Assembly: GCA_963676105.1 (NCBI GenBank)
Contig: OY781039.1
Location: 870,001 to 902,000, forward strand
Reading direction: 5' to 3'
DNA: 32,000 nt
DNA from: Erysipelotrichaceae bacterium
Lineage (GTDB): Bacteria; Bacillota_I; Bacilli_A; Erysipelotrichales; Erysipelotrichaceae
This document shows positions 9,198 through 18,895 of the stretch, one piece after another. Under the pieces are notes generated by a model that was not told the origin of the DNA, ran no database searches, and saw only the letters and a list, made by a program, of their open reading frames with translations. The first letter of the stretch is position 1. Each line of letters begins with the position of its first letter. The position numbers and the translations under genes are program-made.

Positions 9198-9667
9198 TGG
9201 AAAAAATAAAAAGTTTTACGGTAGATCATTTAGTCTTAAACCCGGGTATTTACGAATCTAGACGAGATCCTGTAGGTAATAGCGAAGTCATTACTTATGA
9301 TTTAAGAGTTACTAAACCAAATGCAGAACCTGTGATGGGTACTGGTGAAGTTCATACCATTGAACATTTAGCCGCAACTTATCTAAGAAATCATGCAACA
9401 CTTAAAGATAGAATTGTATATTTTGGACCAATGGGATGTCGTACTGGTTTCTACCTAATTACCAATGGTGAATTAGATCATGAAGTCTTATTCAATCTTA
9501 TTAAAAACACCTTTGAATTCATCTCTACATTTGAAGATGAAATTCCAGGTGCTTCAGCTAAAGATTGTGGGAACTATCACGACAATAATCTTCCTAGTGC
9601 AAGATGGTATGCGAAAAAATATCTTAAGCATTTAAGTGAATTAAAAGATTATACATTTGAATATTAA
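9197..9667 (+). CDS. luxS: S-ribosylhomocysteine lyase
   Basis: HTIEHL metal-binding motif and GCRTGFY. Length 156 aa. AAAGGTG SD lies upstream. Confidence 0.93.
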   Translation: MEKIKSFTVDHLVLNPGIYESRRDPVGNSEVITYDLRVTKPNAEPVMGTGEVHTIEHLAATYLRNHATLKDRIVYFGPMGCRTGFYLITNGELDHEVLFNLIKNTFEFISTFEDEIPGASAKDCGNYHDNNLPSARWYAKKYLKHLSELKDYTFEY

Positions 9668-9694
9668 AAAAGCTGGAAAACTTCCAGCTTTTTA
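9666..9694. terminator. Bidirectional rho-independent terminator between luxS and the convergent lipoprotein gene
   Basis: AAAAAGCTGGA (9666-9677) pairs with TCCAGCTTTTT (9683-9694) across a 5-nt loop. The A-run and T-run flanks allow it to work in both directions. Confidence 0.8.
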
Positions 9695-9700
9695 TATGAC

Positions 9701-11182
9701 TTATTCAAATATTCTAGAACGATATGCATAATCATCAACCTCAATTGAAATTTCAGATAAAGCAACATCATTTTCATTATCATAAACAGTTAATACATGA
9801 CCATCAGTACCGTATCCCCAACCAAATACATAATAGCCTTCACTGGTTAATTGTGCAGATCCTGTTGCTATTGACCAACGATCATCATAGGAAACTTCAC
9901 CAAACTCAGTAACTGTCATATTTTCTTCATCTAACACAAAAGTTAATAAGCGAGTTAATTGCTTAGCATTGCCATTATCGAATAATAGAATTGTGTGATC
10001 ATCGATAAACTTAGCATAATGCTGTCTAGAAAATAATTGTTCATTTGTTAATCCAAACTCATCAATTAAACCTCCAAGTACCCACATTGTTTCAGCAGTA
10101 TCATGATTAATTTTTACTACAGTATCCGTATTTCTTAGAGAAACGATAAAGTTACCATCATTTGGATCAATATCAATACTATTTATGTGAGTGTAGTCAG
10201 ATGCATATACTTCAGTATTTGTATAATCATTAGACTCTACGCTAGCTGCATAAAATCGATCATCCATAGTTGAATCCCATTCAAATATAACTTCACCATC
10301 GAGTACTTCTTGGAAGTAAGACGCCTTGATAACTGTTGTATTATCATAGCCATCAATTTGAACTGTTTTATCCATGGATCCACTAACAACATAATGGTTT
10401 TCATCAATCAATAAGAATGCATGATTTTCTACAGGGAAAGCATCAATAGTATCAGTCGCCAACAATTGAATTTTCTGCATGACTTCATACTTTTCATTCA
10501 TCACAATGATTTGACCATAAGTCTCACCACGAATGATATATTCATCATAGCCATCAACTGGTTCAAAAAACGAATAGAAAACTTGTCCATCAATATTCCA
10601 TTTTTCTAAGTTCATGACAGGATAAAAAGCAGTTCCTTCAGAATAATAGAATAATATTTGACCATCACTTGCCATCTTAATTACATAACTTGCTCCAGCT
10701 ACATCAAAATAGTAATCACCATCAAAATCATAGTCACCTTCTAATGTAATGTCAGGGAAATTACTTGGAATGGTTCGAATATCGTAACGTCTACTTACAT
10801 CTTCAAAAACGATATCTAGTTGAACTGTATTGTCATATGACAATTCTCCAATATTGGTAAATATTTCATCTTCTAATAACTGCCCATTAATATAGATTTC
10901 AATATCTTTATTCTCAGTATAATTTTTAAACTTAGTGTCATATTCTGCATTTAAAGTTTTCGCATCCAACAAATCATTATTACGAGTTAAATCAATATAG
11001 AAATATTTGTCATTGATTGTTAAACTAACAATTTCACTTGTTAATGCATCCTCTATTCCAGTTTCTAATTCACCAATTTCTGTTCCAACTTCTGGAGCAG
11101 AACTTGTACACGCGCTTAAAACAAGTACCCATGCAAGCGCTAGTGCACCTCCAATTAATTTAAATGATATTTTCTTTTTCAA
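9701..11182 (-). CDS. Lipoprotein with an arylsulfotransferase-family (ASST / Arylsulfotran_2-like) beta-propeller
   Basis: Signal peptide with a lipobox (LVLSAC). HINSIDIDPNDGNFIVSLRNTDTVVKINHDTAETMWVLGG and EVIFEWDS resemble the Arylsulfotran_2 signature. TTG start at 11182 with AAGGAGG 5 nt upstream. The ATG inside the SD region hits a stop after 2 codons. Confidence 0.55.
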   Translation of the reverse strand: MKKKISFKLIGGALALAWVLVLSACTSSAPEVGTEIGELETGIEDALTSEIVSLTINDKYFYIDLTRNNDLLDAKTLNAEYDTKFKNYTENKDIEIYINGQLLEDEIFTNIGELSYDNTVQLDIVFEDVSRRYDIRTIPSNFPDITLEGDYDFDGDYYFDVAGASYVIKMASDGQILFYYSEGTAFYPVMNLEKWNIDGQVFYSFFEPVDGYDEYIIRGETYGQIIVMNEKYEVMQKIQLLATDTIDAFPVENHAFLLIDENHYVVSGSMDKTVQIDGYDNTTVIKASYFQEVLDGEVIFEWDSTMDDRFYAASVESNDYTNTEVYASDYTHINSIDIDPNDGNFIVSLRNTDTVVKINHDTAETMWVLGGLIDEFGLTNEQLFSRQHYAKFIDDHTILLFDNGNAKQLTRLLTFVLDEENMTVTEFGEVSYDDRWSIATGSAQLTSEGYYVFGWGYGTDGHVLTVYDNENDVALSEISIEVDDYAYRSRIFE

Positions 11183-11406
11183 AACATCCTCCTTTGATTT
11201 AATTTATATAAAATAACAATAAAAAGTGACAGAATTATGACAAAATGAGATTATAAATATAAATACCTTTAATTATTATTCAAATAACTTTACTCATTTT
11301 TACACAGTATAACATACGTATTTTTTTTATAGTTTTTATAAAAGAAACAAACATCAATTTCTAAGAATATAACTTGAGAATATAAGACATATGATAAGAT
11401 ACTTTT

Positions 11407-13656
11407 ATGTTAAATTTATTAATTCCATCTATTAAAAAAAATAAATACAATATACTTCAATTTCTTATCATTTCTCTAATTATTTCTGCAATTTTTTACA
11501 ATTTTATTTTTGCAGGAAAAACTTTTTTATTAACAATCGATCAACAACATTTATATAATCCTTTATATGAAGAATGGTTGCGTTTGGTTAAGCGATTTCT
11601 ACTTTATGGAGAATATCCTTTTTATTCTTGGTTTAAATTCTTAGGTTCAGATTTTTACACTTCTTCAAGTATTTTTGTGACAGGTGATATTTTCTTACCT
11701 TTTTTACTTTTGTTTAAAAATATTGATAATGCATTATTATTCGAAACAATTGCTTTAATTTATATTTCTAGCTTTACTTTTTCTTATTTTTTAAAAGAAT
11801 GGTCTATTCAAAACAAAAGAGTCATTTTATTAACTTCTATCTTTTATGCATTCTCTGGTTTTGCACTTTTATTTTTTACAAATTATATGTTTCACCGATT
11901 TTATGCATTCATGCCTTTAGCTTTCGCGGGTATACAAAAGATATTAAATAAAAAGTCTCCGCACCTGTTTATAATTTCCATTTTCATTCTTACATTAACA
12001 TCACTATATTTCATGTTCCCGCTGACTTTATATTTTGTTATTTGGTATGTTTTTGCTTATTTATTTAAATATCATGAGTTTGAATGGAAATCATTTTTCT
12101 ATCTTGCATTCAAACTAATTGGATATTATTTAATCGGATTTTTAATGAGTGCTTTCTTATCAATTCCAACAATTTTATACTTAATACAAAGCTCACGAAT
12201 TGGCGTTAACTATGATCATTCACTATTTTGGAATATAAAGGTTTGGACTGGATTTATTTATTCTCATATGATTGCCCCATATTCAATTGTTCCAACTATT
12301 CCTAACATGTTTTACTATGGAACAAACGGTCATGAAACCTGGTATTCTGTTTATACTTCACTCATATCAATTCCTGTTATTTTAACCTATTTAATAAAGA
12401 TTAAAGATTCTAAAAAGAAATATTTTACATTCTTAATATCAGCATTTTTAATAACTTTACTCATAAGACCACTTAGTTCAATATTTCATGGATTTTCTGT
12501 TTCTACATTAAGAATTTCATTTATTTATAATTTTATATTACTAATTTCAGTTGCCTATATTCTTAATAAATTTGAAAATATTAAGTGGACTTACGGTTTG
12601 ATAATTTACTTAATTATTTTTTCTATAACAACTGTAGTTTTAATTATGAATGACATTTTCATTTATGAAGACTATAGTCAAAGTATAAATTTTGCGATTT
12701 TATCATTATTTCTAAGTATACTTCTAACAATTTTCTATCCAAAAAGCTTAAATAATTATTACCTAGTGATTAGTTTCATCATTACAGGATTTATCTCCTA
12801 TCAAGTTTTAAAACCACTAGAAGATCTATTCTATGAATATACTCCTTCAATCACAAAAGAATATATTAACTACTATCAATCAATTGACGAAGACAATTTT
12901 TATAGAATGTATATCAATCCAGAACACCTATTACCTACAAGTACAATGAATTTAAATCAATCACTCTTGTTAAATTTTCATTCTGTAATGACATATGATA
13001 CTGGATATGAACCGAATTTAAGTCAATTTAATCAACTAAATAATTACAATTGGCATTTAATTAACATAAATAAACCAAGTGTTTTAAAAATGCTTGGTGT
13101 TAAATACTATATTGTTTATTCTGAAGAAGAACTACCAAATAATTATAGTTTTGAATATATGTATGAACTTAACTTTTTGAAAGTTTATAAGTTAATTGAT
13201 TATAGACCACTAGGATTTACTTATACAAATTTCGTCGATATAGATTCAGTAGATAAATCTTGGGATAGTTGGAATGAAATAGCTCTCATTGAAAATGATG
13301 ATTTTTCTTTAATTGAAAACATTAATATATCTGAGTCGGTTAATTTAACTAATATTGAAATATTTTCTTATGGTGTAAATGGTCAAATTGACTTGTCTCA
13401 AAAAGAATTGTTATTCCTCTCAATCCCTTACAATTCAGGATGGACTATTTACGATAATGACGAAAAAATTGAAGCAATAAAAGTCAATGGTGGTTTTATT
13501 GGTCTAGTTTTAGATGAAGGACAACATGAACTCAAACTCAGATTTTTACCATATGGATTAAAAGAAGGTCTTGTTTTAACCTTACTTGGTTTTATAAGTT
13601 ATGGTGTTCTAATAATTAGTTTAAGAAGATTTAAACATATACATAATTCTAAATAA
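11407..13656 (+). CDS. YfhO-family polytopic membrane protein, a GT-C-type extracytoplasmic glycosyltransferase family
   Basis: N-terminal DQQHLYNPLYEEW...YPFYSWFKFLGSDF motif and many TM segments. C-terminal NSGWTIYDNDEKIEAIKVNGGFIGLVLDEGQHELKLRFLPYGLKEG followed by a final TM helix is the classic YfhO tail. Confidence 0.8.
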   Translation: MLNLLIPSIKKNKYNILQFLIISLIISAIFYNFIFAGKTFLLTIDQQHLYNPLYEEWLRLVKRFLLYGEYPFYSWFKFLGSDFYTSSSIFVTGDIFLPFLLLFKNIDNALLFETIALIYISSFTFSYFLKEWSIQNKRVILLTSIFYAFSGFALLFFTNYMFHRFYAFMPLAFAGIQKILNKKSPHLFIISIFILTLTSLYFMFPLTLYFVIWYVFAYLFKYHEFEWKSFFYLAFKLIGYYLIGFLMSAFLSIPTILYLIQSSRIGVNYDHSLFWNIKVWTGFIYSHMIAPYSIVPTIPNMFYYGTNGHETWYSVYTSLISIPVILTYLIKIKDSKKKYFTFLISAFLITLLIRPLSSIFHGFSVSTLRISFIYNFILLISVAYILNKFENIKWTYGLIIYLIIFSITTVVLIMNDIFIYEDYSQSINFAILSLFLSILLTIFYPKSLNNYYLVISFIITGFISYQVLKPLEDLFYEYTPSITKEYINYYQSIDEDNFYRMYINPEHLLPTSTMNLNQSLLLNFHSVMTYDTGYEPNLSQFNQLNNYNWHLININKPSVLKMLGVKYYIVYSEEELPNNYSFEYMYELNFLKVYKLIDYRPLGFTYTNFVDIDSVDKSWDSWNEIALIENDDFSLIENINISESVNLTNIEIFSYGVNGQIDLSQKELLFLSIPYNSGWTIYDNDEKIEAIKVNGGFIGLVLDEGQHELKLRFLPYGLKEGLVLTLLGFISYGVLIISLRRFKHIHNSK

Positions 13657-14589
13657 CTGTGCAAAAAATCGATAACTACTCTTATTTACAAGTTTAAAAT
13701 ATTTGTTTTTTAATCCTGGACCATTTAGATATGGATTGCTTTTCCAATTCGGGAAATTATTAACTAAAATACTATAGCTTAAATCTAATGTCTCAATTCG
13801 ATCTTTTTTGTCTTTAATTTGGCACGTTCTTAAAAAAGAATTGCCTAGAAAGAAACGGATAAATAAATACTCTAATTCCATTTTGTATTTATCAAATAAA
13901 TCTCTTTTATGATAAAAAGTTAGAAGATCTTCAAATACAAAAATCATATCTTTAACTTTTTCATTGTGGTTGTGAGTAATAGATCCTTCACGTTGTAGAT
14001 AATGTACAAATGGTTTATTAACATATTCCCATTTATTTAAATAAGGAACTATTTTATAGAGGAATGAAGCATCTTCGTATCGATATCCTGTTGGAAACTG
14101 AATATTTAAAGATTTTACCCATTCAGTTTTATATAACTTATTCCATAGGGTTGCAAACATTGAAATCAATAATTCTTCTTTAGTAGTATGTGGGCCATCT
14201 TTCTGTATTTTTTCTTCTGTAGGATATGACCACCAAAAATCGCAAGTCACTAAATCAGCATCTGTATCAATGGCTTTTTGAACCATCTTTTCAATAAAAT
14301 CAGGTTCTACTGTATCATCACTATCAACAAATGCAAAATAAGGACTAGTTACTTTTGATAAGCCAAAATTACGTGCATCTGCAATTCCACCGTTTTCTTT
14401 AGTGAAGACTTTTACACGCTTGTCTTTTTTAGCATATGATTCAATTATTTTTAAAGATGAGTCTGTAGAACCATCATCTATACATAGAATTTCAATCTCT
14501 TTAAAACTTTGTTGGACTAGGGAATCTAATGTCTTTGCGATATAGTCTTCCATGTTATAAAGAGGCACGATTATTTGTACTTTTACCAT
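13621..14589 (-). CDS. Family 2 glycosyltransferase (soluble, GT-A fold)
   Basis: QIIVPLYNMEDYIAKTLDSLVQQSF..IEILCIDDGSTDSS, then ENGGIADARNFG and the DSDD (DxD) motif. No C-terminal TM helices. Its 3' end overlaps the yfhO-family 3' end by 36 nt. Confidence 0.88.
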   Translation of the reverse strand: MVKVQIIVPLYNMEDYIAKTLDSLVQQSFKEIEILCIDDGSTDSSLKIIESYAKKDKRVKVFTKENGGIADARNFGLSKVTSPYFAFVDSDDTVEPDFIEKMVQKAIDTDADLVTCDFWWSYPTEEKIQKDGPHTTKEELLISMFATLWNKLYKTEWVKSLNIQFPTGYRYEDASFLYKIVPYLNKWEYVNKPFVHYLQREGSITHNHNEKVKDMIFVFEDLLTFYHKRDLFDKYKMELEYLFIRFFLGNSFLRTCQIKDKKDRIETLDLSYSILVNNFPNWKSNPYLNGPGLKNKYFKLVNKSSYRFFAQLFRIMYMFKSS

Positions 14590-14657
14590 GTTCTTATTTT
14601 AGCATGACAAATATGAGTTATCGTGCAGTTTCTATAAACTTACGGTATAGTATTCTT

Positions 14658-16160
14658 ATGTTAAATCAAATTAAAAGCCAATTTAAATTTAAAAATTGGT
14701 TTACTTATCTAGCTGTTGTATCAAGCTTTACTTTCTTTTATTATATAAGCCTTAAAACACCACTTGCAGGCGATGATTGGGGTTATGCCATAAATGGTAT
14801 GAATAATAATCCGTTTCAATTAGCTTATGAATTTTATTTCTCATGGTCAGGACGCTTTTTTAGTGAACTTTATGGCTTTTTAGTTGCGCCAAATAAATGG
14901 TTTTGGAATATTTTAAATGCGCTTTTATTTTCGAGTATTGTTTATCAAGTGTCTAAAATACTTCCAAATAAAAATAAAATTCTAGCTTTAGTACTTTTTC
15001 TCTTCTTAATGGTTTCAGTTAAAGATGAACTAAGAATGGAAACGTATACTTGGATAATGGGAACAACCTATGTCATTCCATTAGCTTTAAGCCTAACAAA
15101 TTTAAATCAGTTAAGAATATACATTTTAAATCACCGTAGGTTGAATGTTTTAACTTGGATATTCCTCATCATTTTTGCCTTCATATCAGGTTTAATGATG
15201 GAAAATATTTCCTTCTCAATGGCTATTATTTATTTACTAATACTAGTTATAAAAAGTTTTGCTGATCAAAGCTTAGATATTAAACTTCTATTTTTAACGC
15301 TTAGTTCATGGATTGCTTTGGTATTACTACGTTTATCACCTGGTGCAAGTGCACGTCTTCTAAGAGATAATCCTGATTGGGTGAAAATGGGTTTGTTTAA
15401 TCAAATCGGAACAAACTTACCAAATTTAATTAAAATGACATTTATTGAACATAAGTATTTAATTTTAGTACTCAGTTTAGTCTTTTTAATTTTCTTATTC
15501 CAAAATACAATTAAGAAAAGAACAATATTTTTAGTTCAATCATCTATTTTAGTTATTGCTCTAATTTCAAGTGTTTCATTAACACTAAGCACGATTGAAT
15601 CATTTAACTTTTTAATTTTCTTTACAGATTATACAAACTTATTCAATATAATTTTTTGGATACTTTATTCACTCAATGTTGTATGGATAATAATTACTTT
15701 GACAAAGGATAATCAACGAATTATCTTATTAATTCTATTTGTACTGGCTTTATTAAGTAATGCGGTTATGCTAGTCTCGCCGATATTTGGTTATCGTTCA
15801 AGTATTTATACAGTTATATTTATGATGGTTATAGCTGTCTATTTAGTAAGTTTATTAAATGTAAAATATAATTCGATATTTATTATTGTACTTTCATTGT
15901 TAACTCTAAAAGAAGCTTATAACTTAATTGAAAAATATAATTTGGTTCATACAGTTGATCAACTAAGAATGGAACAAATTACTTACTATCAAAAAAATCC
16001 AGACGTCAAAGACGCCTGGTTGATAAGATATCCTGTTTATACGATTCATAGCGGAGATATCGAAGATTGGGATATCTATCATATGAGTGTATTTAAAACA
16101 TATTTTGGATTAGAAGATGATGTAATACTTCACTTCTACTTCCCACCTGAAGGTTATTAA
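14658..16160 (+). CDS. Uncharacterised polytopic membrane protein, DUF6056-like and a possible GT-C glycosyltransferase
   Basis: At least 10 hydrophobic segments. KTPLAGDDWGYA...WSGRFFSE follows directly after TM1. The start is ambiguous: 14658 is preferred, while the ORF-track start at 14529 would overlap the divergent GT2 start. Confidence 0.5.
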   Translation: MLNQIKSQFKFKNWFTYLAVVSSFTFFYYISLKTPLAGDDWGYAINGMNNNPFQLAYEFYFSWSGRFFSELYGFLVAPNKWFWNILNALLFSSIVYQVSKILPNKNKILALVLFLFLMVSVKDELRMETYTWIMGTTYVIPLALSLTNLNQLRIYILNHRRLNVLTWIFLIIFAFISGLMMENISFSMAIIYLLILVIKSFADQSLDIKLLFLTLSSWIALVLLRLSPGASARLLRDNPDWVKMGLFNQIGTNLPNLIKMTFIEHKYLILVLSLVFLIFLFQNTIKKRTIFLVQSSILVIALISSVSLTLSTIESFNFLIFFTDYTNLFNIIFWILYSLNVVWIIITLTKDNQRIILLILFVLALLSNAVMLVSPIFGYRSSIYTVIFMMVIAVYLVSLLNVKYNSIFIIVLSLLTLKEAYNLIEKYNLVHTVDQLRMEQITYYQKNPDVKDAWLIRYPVYTIHSGDIEDWDIYHMSVFKTYFGLEDDVILHFYFPPEGY

Positions 16161-17713
16161 GCTTTATTGTTTACTTGTCTTAAAAGAATCGCAACAATTA
16201 ATGCCATCATTGTCGTCGCAAAGAACTGATCTAAGACATGCCCCGATTGATACGCACTCGCAAGCATTGCTGAGAATGAGAGTCCAAAGACTAATCGTTC
16301 CATGGTAATGCTTTCTTTTATTTTGCGTAAAGATTTAAATACTATATAAACTAATAAAGCTAACCATGGTCCGGTTAATAGATAGCCTAAATAACCATAG
16401 GTATATTGTTGCATCAAGAAATCTTGTTCTAATACAATTGAACCATTCATGAAACGAGAATAACTAAAACCAAGTAATTTTTGTGAGGCAGTCAATTTAT
16501 TCCACTTATAATCAAAGAATATAGCTTGGAATTGTCGACCACTTGCCCGTTCATAGAGTGGATATTCAAAGATTAAGTCAACATAAAACTTAGGATCAAT
16601 TTCATATGGGTAATACCATTCATAATAAATACTAGGAATGGTTAATAAGAAATAATATTGTTCAAACATGTATTGATAGAAATAATTATATTCTGCTGTT
16701 CCAGGAATCAGTGATTCCCCTTCTGCTGCAGCATCTTTACCTTCTAAACGTTGATAATCTTCATTAAGTACTAAACCATCATTTTCAGAGTCTATAGTTT
16801 GATTTACAACCGCAGGAGTATAATTAAACATCGAAGCGAAAATTGCGAGAATACTAGCTAAAATAATGATTTTCTTAAAATTAATCTTTTCTTTTCTAAA
16901 AAGATAGACAAGTGGATACATCACTAACATTAGGGCTAATATTAATAATGCTCCGTATGTCGCAACACGTGTTGCGAGCACATACATCGCTAAACCTTGA
17001 ACAATAATTAATAAAGCATATAAGATAGTTTTTTTAGATTTATAAAAATAATGAATCAAAATTGGATAAATCGAAAATAAAACGATACCCGTTGTATTTC
17101 CTTCTGAAAAATAAAACTGAGTTGCAAGTTGTCGAGGATGAAACTCTTCATAAATACCAAAAAACCAGGAAATAAAATTTGCTTGTGTATAACCTTGATA
17201 GGTTGAAGGACCAATTACAAAGAGATTGCTTAAAAATAATGGGAATGAAATAAAAATTGATGTAAAAATTACAACACGTTTAACCATTTTTTCATTCGGA
17301 TCAAGTTTATAAAAAGCATAAATAAGTGAAAAAGGAATGATTAGTTCTAAAACATATCTGAGTTCAGTAGTAACACTGTAAAAAAATCGATTAGTTAAAT
17401 AGAGTTGTTCAAATAAATCTTTAACAAATAAATGGTGCAATACAAAATAACCACCATAAACCACTGCAACTAATACAGTGATGTAAAATATTTTTTTCTT
17501 ATCTGTTTCAATAAATAAATACACCTTTAAGACAAATAATGGGTAAATAATAAAGTGCAAAAGTGTAGATGGTAGTGGTAATCCTATTTGATTTAGGACT
17601 CCATACATTAAATAATCTAAATCTAATACAAAATTTAGAATAATGATGCCAAAGGCAATTTGTAGTAACCACTGTTTATTAATAAATTTTAAAAGTTCTT
17701 TTATTTTTTTCAT
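16157..17713 (-). CDS. O-antigen ligase/polymerase-family (Wzy-like) membrane protein
   Basis: 518 aa and polytopic, with a large loop of about 100 aa (NQTIDSENDGLVLNEDYQRLEGKDAAAEGESLIPGTAEYNYF) between TM blocks. It sits in a Wzx/GT operon. Its stop overlaps the convergent gene's stop by 4 nt. Confidence 0.55.
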   Translation of the reverse strand: MKKIKELLKFINKQWLLQIAFGIIILNFVLDLDYLMYGVLNQIGLPLPSTLLHFIIYPLFVLKVYLFIETDKKKIFYITVLVAVVYGGYFVLHHLFVKDLFEQLYLTNRFFYSVTTELRYVLELIIPFSLIYAFYKLDPNEKMVKRVVIFTSIFISFPLFLSNLFVIGPSTYQGYTQANFISWFFGIYEEFHPRQLATQFYFSEGNTTGIVLFSIYPILIHYFYKSKKTILYALLIIVQGLAMYVLATRVATYGALLILALMLVMYPLVYLFRKEKINFKKIIILASILAIFASMFNYTPAVVNQTIDSENDGLVLNEDYQRLEGKDAAAEGESLIPGTAEYNYFYQYMFEQYYFLLTIPSIYYEWYYPYEIDPKFYVDLIFEYPLYERASGRQFQAIFFDYKWNKLTASQKLLGFSYSRFMNGSIVLEQDFLMQQYTYGYLGYLLTGPWLALLVYIVFKSLRKIKESITMERLVFGLSFSAMLASAYQSGHVLDQFFATTMMALIVAILLRQVNNKA

Positions 17714-17740
17714 CTTGCTTATCTTATCATAGGTAGAGTT

Positions 17741-18895
17741 TTAGTCATTAAAGATTTTATGATATTGCTTTGCTATCTCATCATTTGAATAATGATATTT
17801 TTCTAAACTTAGTTTCATTTTTTCTATCTGTTTCTTTTGTGTGCTTATTTCTAACATTTTTTCTTGTAAAGCTTCAGTTGTATTATCAACTACCCAACCA
17901 TACTCACTTTGTGTAATTTGCTCATTTATTCCAGCCACTTGTGTTGCAAGAACTGGTGTAGTAGATACTAAGGTTTCAATAACTATAGTTGCAAAACCTT
18001 CATAGAGTGAAGACAATACAAAACAATCAGCTTGTCGAACATAGGGATACGGATTCTTTTTTAAGCCTAATAATTCTACTGAATTTTCTAAATTAGATGC
18101 TTTAATTAATCCTTCAATCTTTTCTCTTTCATCACCATCACCAATAATCGTTAAAAAAACATTAGGATTTTTATCATAAACATACTTGAATGCTTCAACT
18201 AAACGATCGACAGCTTTTTGCGGATGAAACCGAGCAACCGTAATAAAGTGAAAATCATCGTGCTTTTTAAATTCAACTTTTTCCATAGATTTTCTAAGAA
18301 TTGTCTCTGTATCGATAAAGTTATGAATAACTTCAAAATTTTTAGCACCAAACAAACGTTTGAAACTTTCAGCTGATTGAATTGATGAAGATATGTTTAA
18401 ATCAATTTTCTTGAGTGCTTTCGTCAATAATTTTTGATGATTTCTTGCATAATTAAACACACTATAATCAACTTGTATCCAATTGATCTTCTTTCTAGCA
18501 CTTCCTTCTGCTACAAATACAGTACAAAAGCCTTCTTTCGCACTCAATTCAACATCATATTTCCCTTTTATGAGTTGCTTTCTTTTTTGTTTAATTAATG
18601 TATTAATTAAACCTGTTTTCATATATGCAAAAAATAATAATTTCCGTATAAACAGAATTATATTTTTTTGTTTAATTATTTCTGAAATTGAAATATCCAC
18701 AACATCAAAAAACTTATCAGATTCAAGTAAATTTACATAATCAGGAAATGCATCAAGCAATTCTCCATGTGGATGTAAGATTAAAACATCAATATCATAT
18801 TCATCCGAACTTAAATGATTGATTAAATCTAAAAGAACTCGTGCAACACCACCCATTCTCATTTCATCATTTACAAATAATATTTTAGTCTTCAT
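17741..18895 (-). CDS. Family 4 (GT-B, group 1) glycosyltransferase
   Basis: C-terminal EGFATIVIETLVSTTPVLATQVAGINEQI (E-x7-E type motif) and an N-terminal MGGVARVLLDL motif. ATGA overlap with the upstream gene at 18892-18895. Confidence 0.85.
   Translation of the reverse strand: MKTKILFVNDEMRMGGVARVLLDLINHLSSDEYDIDVLILHPHGELLDAFPDYVNLLESDKFFDVVDISISEIIKQKNIILFIRKLLFFAYMKTGLINTLIKQKRKQLIKGKYDVELSAKEGFCTVFVAEGSARKKINWIQVDYSVFNYARNHQKLLTKALKKIDLNISSSIQSAESFKRLFGAKNFEVIHNFIDTETILRKSMEKVEFKKHDDFHFITVARFHPQKAVDRLVEAFKYVYDKNPNVFLTIIGDGDEREKIEGLIKASNLENSVELLGLKKNPYPYVRQADCFVLSSLYEGFATIVIETLVSTTPVLATQVAGINEQITQSEYGWVVDNTTEALQEKMLEISTQKKQIEKMKLSLEKYHYSNDEIAKQYHKIFND

Noticed and set aside
9724-11216. 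Three plus-strand ORFs (62-69 aa) opposite the lipoprotein gene
   Set aside because: They are antisense to a well-supported 493-aa lipoprotein ORF, and their translations are low in complexity.
11407-14589. A CsbB/GtrB-YfhO two-component pairing for the yfhO-family gene and the adjacent 322-aa GT2
   Set aside because: GtrB/CsbB-type GT2s carry two C-terminal TM helices and are normally co-oriented with the GT-C gene. This GT2 has no hydrophobic C-terminus and is convergent.
14529-14657. ORF-track N-terminal extension of the DUF6056-like gene, overlapping the divergent GT2 start by 61 nt
   Set aside because: The extension is not hydrophobic or signal-like and would overlap the neighbour's start and promoter region. 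The internal ATG at 14658 precedes the first TM helix.
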